This document shows, piece by piece, positions 1 to 8,137 of a DNA stretch of 64,000 nt; position 1 is the stretch's first letter; every line of letters starts with the position of its first letter. Source of the stretch: an uncultured Roseburia sp. (GTDB taxonomy: Bacteria > Bacillota > Clostridia > Lachnospirales > Lachnospiraceae); the NCBI GenBank assembly GCA_947174805.1, contig CAMWKH010000007.1, positions 10,345 to 74,344 on the forward strand, read 5' to 3'. The position numbers were made by a program, and so were the translations under genes. A model generated the notes under the pieces. The model saw nothing but the letters and a program-made list of their open reading frames with translations. It did not search any database and was not told the DNA's origin.

Positions 1-2
1 AC

Positions 3-434
3 CACTGTACGGAAGGGTTTTTGATCGGGGAGGAAATCCGTAAATCCGGCTTTCCTGCCATTGCAGGGCCTCTTTTGACTTCCCGGTCCAAAATAGAAGT
101 GAAATATCTGGATTTCAAAAATGTGGGAGTGCTAAACCGGGCAGGGGTGAAGACTGCCATTATGACAGATCATCCTGTATCACTGATCCAGTATTTACCG
201 CTGTGTGCGGGGCTCAGTGTGAAGCATGGACTGGATATGGAAGAGGGATTTCTTGCCATGACAAGATATCCGGCGGAAATCTGCGGCGTGGCACACCGGG
301 TGGGGACGTTAGAGCCGGGGAAAGATGCGGATATCGCGGTGTTTTCTGGGAATCCCATGGAAGTGTTCACCAGGACATTGTTTACGATTATTGATGGAGA
401 GATTGTGTACAGAGATGAGGATTTGAATTTCTAA
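3..434 (+). CDS. Amidohydrolase family protein, C-terminal part (starts before the window)
   Basis: Frame is open from base 3 (HCTEGFLIGEE...). Motifs HCTEG, MTDHPV and GTLEPGKDADIAVF are typical of metal-dependent amidohydrolases. Confidence 0.85.
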   Translation, partial: HCTEGFLIGEEIRKSGFPAIAGPLLTSRSKIEVKYLDFKNVGVLNRAGVKTAIMTDHPVSLIQYLPLCAGLSVKHGLDMEEGFLAMTRYPAEICGVAHRVGTLEPGKDADIAVFSGNPMEVFTRTLFTIIDGEIVYRDEDLNF

Positions 435-521
435 TCTTCATAATGTTCCCTGCAGGAAATAATCATGATGTTTTGCAATTCATTAATATCATAAACCAAA
501 GGGTTAAATTCATCTAATCTG

Positions 522-550
522 TTGACACCCTCCCTTTCTCCTGCTATACT
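522..550 (+). promoter_or_regulatory. Sigma70/SigA promoter of the bio operon
   Basis: TTGACA (522-527), 17-bp spacer, TATACT (545-550), preceded by a TG extended -10. Confidence 0.85.
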
Positions 551-554
551 TCTT

Positions 555-588
555 ATTGTAAACCATAAACGCAAACAAAGTTGACAAT
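555..588. promoter_or_regulatory. BirA (biotin repressor) operator
   Basis: ATTGTAAAC-N16-GTTGACAAT inverted repeat (1 mismatch) between promoter and bioY RBS; matches the Firmicutes BirA pattern TGTtAAC-N14-16-GTTaACA. Confidence 0.85.
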
Positions 589-602
589 AGGGAGAGATAT
601 TC

Positions 603-1208
603 ATGGAAAACACGAAAAAAACAACAGACACCCCTGGTCTGACACAGGGGGAGAATACAAAATTTTCAGCAAGAGACCTAGCGGTATGTGCATTATTTAC
701 CACCCTTACCGCAGTGGGAGCCTACATAAAAATACCCATCCCGGTATTGCCCTTCACCCTGCAGTTTTTGTTCGTGCTTCTGGCAGGGCTTCTGCTGGGG
801 AGCAAAAGGGGGGCCGTCAGCGTGGGGGTATATGTTTTACTGGGACTTTCCGGTGTTCCGGTTTTTACAGAGGGGGGAGGATTTTGGTATATCTTAAAGC
901 CAAGTTTCGGTTACCTTATCGGCTTTATAGCTGCAGCCTATGTGATGGGAAAACTGGCGGAAAACATGGACAACCTGGCGTTTTGGAAATTGATTGGCAT
1001 AAGCTTAATTGGACTTTTCATCGTTTACGGGGCAGGCATGGTCTACTATTATGTGATTTGTAACTATGTGATACAAACCCCCATTGGTGTGGGAACCTTA
1101 TTTTTGTACTGCTTTGTGTTAATTGTTCCCGGAGATATTTTTCTCTGTGTTCTGGCGGCCCTGGTGACAAAGAGAATCAAGCCTGTTCTCAGGAATATGG
1201 GGTATTGA
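603..1208 (+). CDS. bioY: Biotin ECF transporter substrate component BioY
   Basis: Hydrophobic 201 aa with PIPVLPFTLQFLFVLLAGLLLG, GLSGVPVF and GYLIGF motifs; first gene after the BirA site. Confidence 0.95.
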   Translation: MENTKKTTDTPGLTQGENTKFSARDLAVCALFTTLTAVGAYIKIPIPVLPFTLQFLFVLLAGLLLGSKRGAVSVGVYVLLGLSGVPVFTEGGGFWYILKPSFGYLIGFIAAAYVMGKLAENMDNLAFWKLIGISLIGLFIVYGAGMVYYYVICNYVIQTPIGVGTLFLYCFVLIVPGDIFLCVLAALVTKRIKPVLRNMGY

Positions 1209-1246
1209 CAGGAATCGCAAAGAATTGTTTAAACAGGGAGGAAGAG

Positions 1247-2221
1247 ATGGAAAAAATAGAAGAATTAAAGGAAAAGATTTTTGGGGGAAATCTTTTGGAG
1301 AAACAGGAGATTATGGAGATTGTGGATGCGCCTTTCCAGGAGCTTACACAGGCGGCAGATGAAATCAGGGAGCGCTTTTGCGGGAATGGTTTTGATATGT
1401 GCACGATTATAAACGGGAAGTGCGGAAAGTGTTCTGAGGACTGTAAGTATTGTGCTCAAAGTGTTTATTTTCACACAAACTGCAAGGAGTCCTATCCTCT
1501 GCTCTCCACAGAGAAGTTATTGGAGCAGGCAAAGCGTAACAGAGAACAGGGGGTGCTTCGGTATTCCATTGTAACCAGTGGAAAACGTCTTTCGGACAGG
1601 GAAGTCGACCAGGTCTGTGAGAGTATACGGGCAATCCGGGAGGAGACAGGGATAGAAGTGTGCGTTTCCTTTGGGCTCTTGGGGCTAAATCAGTTTCAGA
1701 AAATAAAAGAGGCAGGGGCGTCCCGGGTACACTGTAATCTGGAAAGTTCAAAACGGTATTTTAAAGAAGTCTGCACCACCCATACATACCAGGAAAAAAT
1801 AGAAACTTTAAAAGCGGCAAAGGAGGCGGGGCTTTCTATTTGTTCCGGGGGGATTATGGGGCTGGGGGAGAGCATGGAGGACCGGGTGGACATGGCCTTT
1901 ACCGCCAGGGAGCTGGGGGTAACCTCTATTCCGGTGAATCTTTTAAATCCTATTCCGGGAACACCTTATGAGAACAACAGGGTGCTCACCAATGAGGAAC
2001 TTTGCAGGATAGCGGCTATCTTCCGTTTTATCATACCCCGGGCATCGATTCGCCTGGCAGGAGGAAGGGGTCTCCTTGAGGATAAGGGCAGAACCTGTTT
2101 TAGGAGCGGGGCGAACGCAGCCATCAGCGGAGATATGCTCACAACGGCAGGGATTACGGTAGAGACAGATATGGAACTGTTAAAAGAATTAGGATATGAG
2201 GTGAGGCTGTCCCATGAGTAA
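1247..2221 (+). CDS. bioB: Biotin synthase (radical SAM)
   Basis: CSEDCKYCAQS CxxxCxxC motif, HCNLE, CSGGIMGLGE, IRLAGGR. ATG 1247 has an RBS; the ORF track starts at TTG 1205. Confidence 0.97.
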   Translation: MEKIEELKEKIFGGNLLEKQEIMEIVDAPFQELTQAADEIRERFCGNGFDMCTIINGKCGKCSEDCKYCAQSVYFHTNCKESYPLLSTEKLLEQAKRNREQGVLRYSIVTSGKRLSDREVDQVCESIRAIREETGIEVCVSFGLLGLNQFQKIKEAGASRVHCNLESSKRYFKEVCTTHTYQEKIETLKAAKEAGLSICSGGIMGLGESMEDRVDMAFTARELGVTSIPVNLLNPIPGTPYENNRVLTNEELCRIAAIFRFIIPRASIRLAGGRGLLEDKGRTCFRSGANAAISGDMLTTAGITVETDMELLKELGYEVRLSHE

Positions 2222-2900
2222 AAAGTTGTTTATTACAGGCACAGGAACGGATGTGGGAAAGACATATGTTACCGGGCTTTTGATAAAAAAATTAAAAGAG
2301 TTAGGAAAATCTGCGGCGTACTACAAGGCGGCGATGAGCGGAAATGACAGGGACGGGGAAGGGAAACTGATTCCGGGGGATAGTGTTTTTGTAAAAAATA
2401 TGTCAGGGATAACACAGCCCACAGAGGATATGTGCCCCTATGTGTATGAGCACGCCTATTCTCCCCATCTGGCATCTCGCCTAGAGGGAAATCCAGTGAA
2501 AATGGATGTGGTGAAAGCAGGATTTCAAAAGGTGTGCGGCGCTTATGATTACGTCACTGTGGAGGGCAGCGGAGGAATACGATGTCCCATCTGTTTTGAT
2601 GAGGCCGACATCCAGTTGGAAGATATCGTCAGAGAACTGGGATTGAGCAGCCTTATTGTTGCCGATGCAGGTCTTGGAACGATTAATAGTGTTGTTCTCA
2701 CAGTGGAGTATATGAGGCAGAAAGGGCTGCCTCTCCTGGGGTTGATTTTTAACCATTACCACAAAGGAAATGTGATGGAGGAGGATAATTTGGCAATGTG
2801 CAGGCATATAACAGGACTTCCCATTGTCGCCTGCGTGGAGGACGGGGCATGTGAGCTGAATATAGAAGAAGAAGTACTGTTGTCTTTGTATAAAGAATAG
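2214..2900 (+). CDS. bioD: Dethiobiotin synthetase
   Basis: FITGTGTDVGKT P-loop, VEGSGG, LGTINS; overlaps the bioB stop. Confidence 0.97.
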   Translation: MSKKLFITGTGTDVGKTYVTGLLIKKLKELGKSAAYYKAAMSGNDRDGEGKLIPGDSVFVKNMSGITQPTEDMCPYVYEHAYSPHLASRLEGNPVKMDVVKAGFQKVCGAYDYVTVEGSGGIRCPICFDEADIQLEDIVRELGLSSLIVADAGLGTINSVVLTVEYMRQKGLPLLGLIFNHYHKGNVMEEDNLAMCRHITGLPIVACVEDGACELNIEEEVLLSLYKE

Positions 2901-2920
2901 AATAAGAAAAGAGGAGACGT

Positions 2921-4153
2921 ATGATTTGGTATCCATATGAACAGATGAAAACCATGAGGCCGCCCTATGAAATTGTGGATGCAGAGGGGGTATACCTATA
3001 CACAAAGGACAGGAGGCTCATAGATTCTATATCTTCCTGGTGGAGCGTAATTCACGGTTATAAGCATCCCCTTTTGACAGAAGCGATAAAAAATCAGGCA
3101 GATGAATTTTCCCATGTGATGTTAGGGGGGCTGACCCATGAGCCGGTGCAGAGGCTTTCCCAAAAGCTGGAAGAGTGGCTTCCCGGAGACTTAGACTATT
3201 GCTTTTTTTCCGATTCCGGCAGTGTGGCGGTGGAAGTGGCGTTAAAGATGGCATTGCAGTATTACATAAATCAGGGGAGAAGTCGTGATAAGGTGCTGGC
3301 CCTCCATAATGCCCATCACGGAGGAAGCCTTAAGACGAAAGTGCTGGCTTTGGAGCACGCCTACCACGGGGATACCTTTAAGGCCATGGAAGTGGGTGAC
3401 GATCCGGATTACCACTTTGCCTTTGGGGAGAAAAAGGGTGTGTATCATATACCCACAGAGATTTCCGCTTTGGAGGATGCCTTTTTAAAGCATCACCAGG
3501 AATTGAACAGTTTTATCGTAGAGCCCTTACTGCAGGGAGCCGGAGGCATGTTGATGTATGACATGGCATTTTTGAAAAGGGCAAGGGAGCTCTGCGATAC
3601 ATATGACGTGCTTCTGATATTTGATGAGGTAGCCACCGGATTTGGAAGAACCGGATACCGATTTGTGTCGGACGAAGTCCTGCCGGATATTCTTGTGCTT
3701 GGAAAGGCTTTAACCGGAGGGTATATCGGCCATGCGGTGACTGTGGCAAACCACAAAGTTTACCAGGGATTCTACGGGGATGACCCGGAAATTGCCCTGA
3801 TGCACGGCCCTACTTTTATGGGAAATGCATTGGCCTGCAGCGTGGCGTATCAATCAATCGAACTCTTTGAAAAAGAAAATTATATGGAAAAGATTTCAAG
3901 GATTACTGAGATTACCAGGCGGGAGTTAAAAGGATTTCACAGTCCCAAGGTAAAGGAAGTGCGCATTATGGGAGGATGTGTCTGCTTAGAGGTGAAGGAT
4001 GGGAAGACCATAGAGGGATACCAGCAGTTCGCCTATGAGAGGGGGGTGTTTGCGCGGCCCTTTTTAAAGTATATCTATGCCATGGTTCCCTACGTGATAC
4101 AGGAGGAAGAACTGGTGAAGGTAATCTCCACCATGAAAGAATGGCTGTCTTAA
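2921..4153 (+). CDS. bioA: 7,8-diaminopelargonate (DAPA) aminotransferase
   Basis: WYPY, DSISSWW, AYHGDT, FDEVATGFGRTG, LGKALTGG (PLP lysine), HGPTFMGN. Confidence 0.95.
   Translation: MIWYPYEQMKTMRPPYEIVDAEGVYLYTKDRRLIDSISSWWSVIHGYKHPLLTEAIKNQADEFSHVMLGGLTHEPVQRLSQKLEEWLPGDLDYCFFSDSGSVAVEVALKMALQYYINQGRSRDKVLALHNAHHGGSLKTKVLALEHAYHGDTFKAMEVGDDPDYHFAFGEKKGVYHIPTEISALEDAFLKHHQELNSFIVEPLLQGAGGMLMYDMAFLKRARELCDTYDVLLIFDEVATGFGRTGYRFVSDEVLPDILVLGKALTGGYIGHAVTVANHKVYQGFYGDDPEIALMHGPTFMGNALACSVAYQSIELFEKENYMEKISRITEITRRELKGFHSPKVKEVRIMGGCVCLEVKDGKTIEGYQQFAYERGVFARPFLKYIYAMVPYVIQEEELVKVISTMKEWLS
3290..3385 (+). repeat. Diverged in-frame 48-nt tandem duplication inside bioA
   Basis: KVLALHNAHHGGSLKT (3290-3337) followed by KVLALEHAYHGDTFKA (3338-3385); 9/16 aa identical. 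Confidence 0.85.
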
Positions 4154-4173
4154 TAGAATTGGGAGGATGAGGG

Positions 4174-5520
4174 ATGGAAAGGGATTTTTCCAGGGGAAAG
4201 GTTTCGTCCAATATTATTGCACAGGCGATTCCTTTGATTTTGGCGCAGTTGGTACAGCTTTTATATAATGTAGTGGACAGAATTTATATCGGTCATCTCC
4301 CGGGGGCGGACAGCACGGCTCTCACCGGGGTAGGGCTGGTATTTCCCCTAACCACTTTTATTGCGGCGGTTACTTTACTCTTCGGAACAGGGGGCGCCCC
4401 CCTTTTTTCCATCGCCAGGGGAGCCAGGGAGGAGCAGAAGGCGGAAAGAATTCTGGGGAATACTTTTTCCCTTTTACTGGGGGCGGCTATGATTCTTTTT
4501 GTACTCTGCTATATATTTCGCAAGCCTGTGCTGTATCTTTTTGGGGCCAGCGATGCCTCCTATGTTTATGCGGATGAATATCTGAGAATTTATCTTCTCG
4601 GAACGGTTTTTGTAATGATTTCCACAGGGATGAACGGATTTATCAATGCCCAGGGGTTCCCGAAAGTGGGTATGTTTACCACGATGATTGGGGCAGTTTT
4701 AAATCTGTTTTTGGACCCTGTCTTTATTTTTGTGTTGAAACTGGGGGTGGGGGGAGCCGCAGCCGCCACAGTAGTCAGCCAGATTGTCTCAGCTATTTGG
4801 GTGCTTCGGTTTCTCATGGGGAAAAAAGCGATTCTCACAATAAAAAAAGAAAATATGAGAGTGGACTGGAAACTTTCAAGGGAGATTGTAAGCCTTGGAA
4901 TGGCTGGTTTTATGATGCAGGGAACCAACTGCCTGGTGCAGGTGGTGTGCAACGCCACTTTGAAAATCTACGGCGGAGATTTGTATGTGGGGATTATGAC
5001 GGTAATCAATTCGGTGCGGGAGATTCTCTCCCTGTCGGTAAACGGGTTAAGCAGCGGGGCTCAGCCGGTTTTAGGGTACAATTACGGGGCAAAAGAATAT
5101 GACAGGGTAAAACAGGGCATACGTTTTGTAGCGTATCTTGGCACTGGTTACACTGTCATAGCATGGATACTTGTGCTGCTCATCCCCCATTTTCTAATTT
5201 CCATCTTTACGGAGGATGCAGCCATGATTTCTCAGGGGGTTTCCGCCCTTCGGCTGTATTTTTTCGGATTTTTCTTTATGGCTTTCCAGTTTACCGGGCA
5301 GTCTGCCTTTACTGCCCTGGGATTTGCAAGACATGCGGTTTTCTTTTCTATCTTGCGGAAAGCCATTATTGTAGTGCCCCTCACCATAGGGCTGCCCCGG
5401 CTTGGATTTGGGGTAAATGGGGTTTTTTTGGCAGAACCCATCTCCAATGCCATAGGAGGGCTGGCCTGTTTTCTCACAATGTATTTTGTGGTATATAAAA
5501 GGCTTGGAAGAGATGCGTAA
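4174..5520 (+). CDS. MATE family efflux transporter (MepA-like)
   Basis: About 12 hydrophobic segments; QLLYNVVDRIYIG, NLFLDPVFIF, GVGGAAAATVVSQ and QPVLGYNYGA motifs. Confidence 0.93.
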   Translation: MERDFSRGKVSSNIIAQAIPLILAQLVQLLYNVVDRIYIGHLPGADSTALTGVGLVFPLTTFIAAVTLLFGTGGAPLFSIARGAREEQKAERILGNTFSLLLGAAMILFVLCYIFRKPVLYLFGASDASYVYADEYLRIYLLGTVFVMISTGMNGFINAQGFPKVGMFTTMIGAVLNLFLDPVFIFVLKLGVGGAAAATVVSQIVSAIWVLRFLMGKKAILTIKKENMRVDWKLSREIVSLGMAGFMMQGTNCLVQVVCNATLKIYGGDLYVGIMTVINSVREILSLSVNGLSSGAQPVLGYNYGAKEYDRVKQGIRFVAYLGTGYTVIAWILVLLIPHFLISIFTEDAAMISQGVSALRLYFFGFFFMAFQFTGQSAFTALGFARHAVFFSILRKAIIVVPLTIGLPRLGFGVNGVFLAEPISNAIGGLACFLTMYFVVYKRLGRDA

Positions 5521-5522
5521 GA

Positions 5523-7067
5523 TTACTGTTCCAACAGGCTTTCCAGTTCTGTCACCATAGTGTTAATGGTATTTACCTGGCTGGTCATGGTCTTAATTTC
5601 CCCTACATTATTCTGAAGCATATCGGCGATATGGTTAAACTCTTCATTTTCCTGTTTAATGTCTGCGGCGATATCTTCGTTTATGGAGACGGTTTCCCTT
5701 ATGACTTGCTTTTGCACCACACCTGTCTCCACAGCCTGTTCCACTGCAGTAACCGTGGATTTTAGCTGTTCCATCATTTGGTGGATGGCTTCCACAGTCT
5801 CCACAACAACCTGATTTTGTTTCTGAACCTGCGCAGCGTTTTCATTGATAAATTTGGAAACGTTGTTTGCACCGGTCTGTACCCGGACAATTATGTTGTT
5901 TACATTCTGCAGGGAATTTTTTGTGCCGGCTGCAAGCTGTCCGACTTCCTGGGCAACCACGGCAAAGCCTTTTCCCGCATCCCCTGCCCGGGCAGCCTCA
6001 ATGGAGGCGTTTAAGGCCAGAAGATTTGTGGATTCTGCAATTTCATTGATCAGGTTTAAGGTCTCGCCGATTTCACCTGTCTCCATTAAAAGTTTGTCGG
6101 TGACAGTTCTGGCCTGCTTTGTGGACTGTTCCACTTCTCCGCTCATACTCATCAGGTTGTTCAGGGCCTGTTGGCTGGAGGAAGACATATCCATAAGTCC
6201 CTTGGCAATCTGTTCCACGTCCTGCATCTGAACCTCCATATTTTTACTGCTCTCCTCCAGGCGGTCCAGATTTTCCTTGCTGCTGTCTGTTTTATTCAAC
6301 ATATGGGAACTGCTTTCGATAAGTTCCTCACTGATGGAGGAGAGTTCCTCTGTGGAGTCGGCTTCTGACTGGGAAGTCTTTAACAGAAGGCTGCTGGCTT
6401 CCTCCAACTGTCCTGCAATCTCTTTTACTTTATCCAGAACATTCTGCACCCGCTCATTGTTTTTCTCCAGCTCATCTTTTTTTGCATGGATGAGGAACCG
6501 GGAAACCATATATGTATTCAGATAAATGAAAAACATGGTGAATCCCAGGCACAAAATCCGGTCTGCTATGTTGGAGGCGAAAAGCTCGTCCCTTACCGGG
6601 AGCAGATTTTCCCCTTTCATTATCCAGGCAGTAATGAGGGAAACAATAATTTCTGCCATGGTGACGGTGACGACTCTGGTGTCCAAAAGAAGTGCTGTCA
6701 CTACCGTAAACAGAAAAGAAAATGCCCAGAATTCCTGGGAGGGGGCCATATATAAAATAAAGTTAAACTGTATCAGCAAAATCAAACTCAAAAATATTTT
6801 TGCCTGTTTTATTTTTGAGGGTTTTACCGTGCCGTTTTCATAACCTGTTTTGATAAAATAGACAGCAAACAGGAGATAAATGATATTTGTAAGGTCAAAG
6901 ATAAAAAAGACATACAGGGGGGTGTAACTAAAGATTCCCTTGAGCCTGTTTAAGGTGAGGCCAACCCCTGCACATAAACATGTAAGGGTGATAGATAATA
7001 ATGTGATAGGGTATACTTTGTTAATGTAGACATCTAAAGCGGTTAGATTTTTCTTGTTGTTCTCCAT
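5523..7067 (-). CDS. Methyl-accepting chemotaxis protein with a multi-TM N-terminal sensor
   Basis: [37 protein letters not shown] signalling hairpin; N-terminal ~200 aa with several TM helices. Confidence 0.93.
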   Translation of the reverse strand: MENNKKNLTALDVYINKVYPITLLSITLTCLCAGVGLTLNRLKGIFSYTPLYVFFIFDLTNIIYLLFAVYFIKTGYENGTVKPSKIKQAKIFLSLILLIQFNFILYMAPSQEFWAFSFLFTVVTALLLDTRVVTVTMAEIIVSLITAWIMKGENLLPVRDELFASNIADRILCLGFTMFFIYLNTYMVSRFLIHAKKDELEKNNERVQNVLDKVKEIAGQLEEASSLLLKTSQSEADSTEELSSISEELIESSSHMLNKTDSSKENLDRLEESSKNMEVQMQDVEQIAKGLMDMSSSSQQALNNLMSMSGEVEQSTKQARTVTDKLLMETGEIGETLNLINEIAESTNLLALNASIEAARAGDAGKGFAVVAQEVGQLAAGTKNSLQNVNNIIVRVQTGANNVSKFINENAAQVQKQNQVVVETVEAIHQMMEQLKSTVTAVEQAVETGVVQKQVIRETVSINEDIAADIKQENEEFNHIADMLQNNVGEIKTMTSQVNTINTMVTELESLLEQ

Positions 7068-7326
7068 GATTCTTCACTCCGTTTTTTTAGATTGGTATCT
7101 TTAATATATTTTCTATCAGCTATTATACTACAATTCGGGAGAGAAATATAGGTGATTTGCGTAATTTTGTACTGTTTTTATCACAGAGAGGGGAGCAGAT
7201 TTTGAGGTTTTCACAGGGCAGGGGTTCCGGTACGGCGTCATCTGCTAAGGGAGTAGTTGACGGAGGCATCCTGCTGTACTATACTGATTTCAAATAAGTG
7301 TTGGTAAAAAGAAAGCAGGTGCGGTT

Positions 7327-8025
7327 ATGACGGAGAAAAATATGGAAAAGATATGTCACTGGATTCAGGTGATCGGGGTTGTGGGATTTGTGTTTCTGTT
7401 GATTTTTTGCTTCTACGGGAAGGCGGACAGCAATCTGGAGAAAATGTCCTTTTATGGGATGGCGGCAGGGGTTGTGTTGTATGTTTTATGTCTGATCGTC
7501 TCGCCGGGGCTTAAGAGTACGGGGGTTTTGTTTTTTCTCCTCGCAGTGCTCTGCATGGGAATCAGCATATTTCTCATCTCCAAAGGGTACGGCTCTAAAG
7601 AAATTGAGGATTTAGGATCATATCCCTTTAGGGCAGAGAGGTATTGGCAGGAGGAGCATACAAGAAGAGTACGGCACCGCACCACAAAGAGTTATACCAA
7701 TTTTGTGGAATACCAGGGAACACTGGACAGCGGGGAGATTGTCACCTATAAACACACCACTGCCACCATCGGGGATGCCATGGAACTGGTAAACAGGGAA
7801 GATAAAACAGAGCGTCAGGTGTTTTTGTACAATAACGTTTATTTTACAGAGGAATCCGGGACGGGGGAGAAAGAATTTCTCTCGGATTTTTTAAGGTGGA
7901 AGACAAAACTCTATATAGCAGCAGGGATTTATACGGTTTTGGGGGCAGCCTGTATTTTGGTGGGGAATCGGATTACACTGTGGGATGGTAACGGTGATAT
8001 GAGCACCCCCACAGCTATAAAATAG
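7327..8025 (+). CDS. Hypothetical membrane protein (3 TM + soluble domain + C-terminal TM)
   Basis: 232-aa ORF with its own TTGACG-17-TATACT promoter at 7257-7285. Confidence 0.75.
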   Translation: MTEKNMEKICHWIQVIGVVGFVFLLIFCFYGKADSNLEKMSFYGMAAGVVLYVLCLIVSPGLKSTGVLFFLLAVLCMGISIFLISKGYGSKEIEDLGSYPFRAERYWQEEHTRRVRHRTTKSYTNFVEYQGTLDSGEIVTYKHTTATIGDAMELVNREDKTERQVFLYNNVYFTEESGTGEKEFLSDFLRWKTKLYIAAGIYTVLGAACILVGNRITLWDGNGDMSTPTAIK

Positions 8026-8137
8026 AGGAAAACCCAGTTATATTCTGTAAAACCAGGGTTGGAATTTCCTAGTATTCATTATATAATGAATACCGGAACA
8101 TTTTGTGATTAGAGATATACATAGGGATGAATATAAA

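Noticed and set aside
1247-2221. BioB as the radical-SAM maturase for the 16897 repeat peptide
   Set aside because: It is a canonical biotin synthase in a bio operon, with no SPASM or RRE domain.
7068-7140. GCTGATAG as a sigma-D (FliA) -10 for the MCP gene
   Set aside because: No TAAA -35 at 15-16 bp spacing.
7195-7270. CACAGGGCA... segment between the MCP and the membrane-protein gene resembling the start of a c-di-GMP-I riboswitch
   Set aside because: It lacks the GCAAA/GAAA tetraloop-receptor elements and a coherent P2/P3, and it lies upstream of the predicted promoter on that strand.
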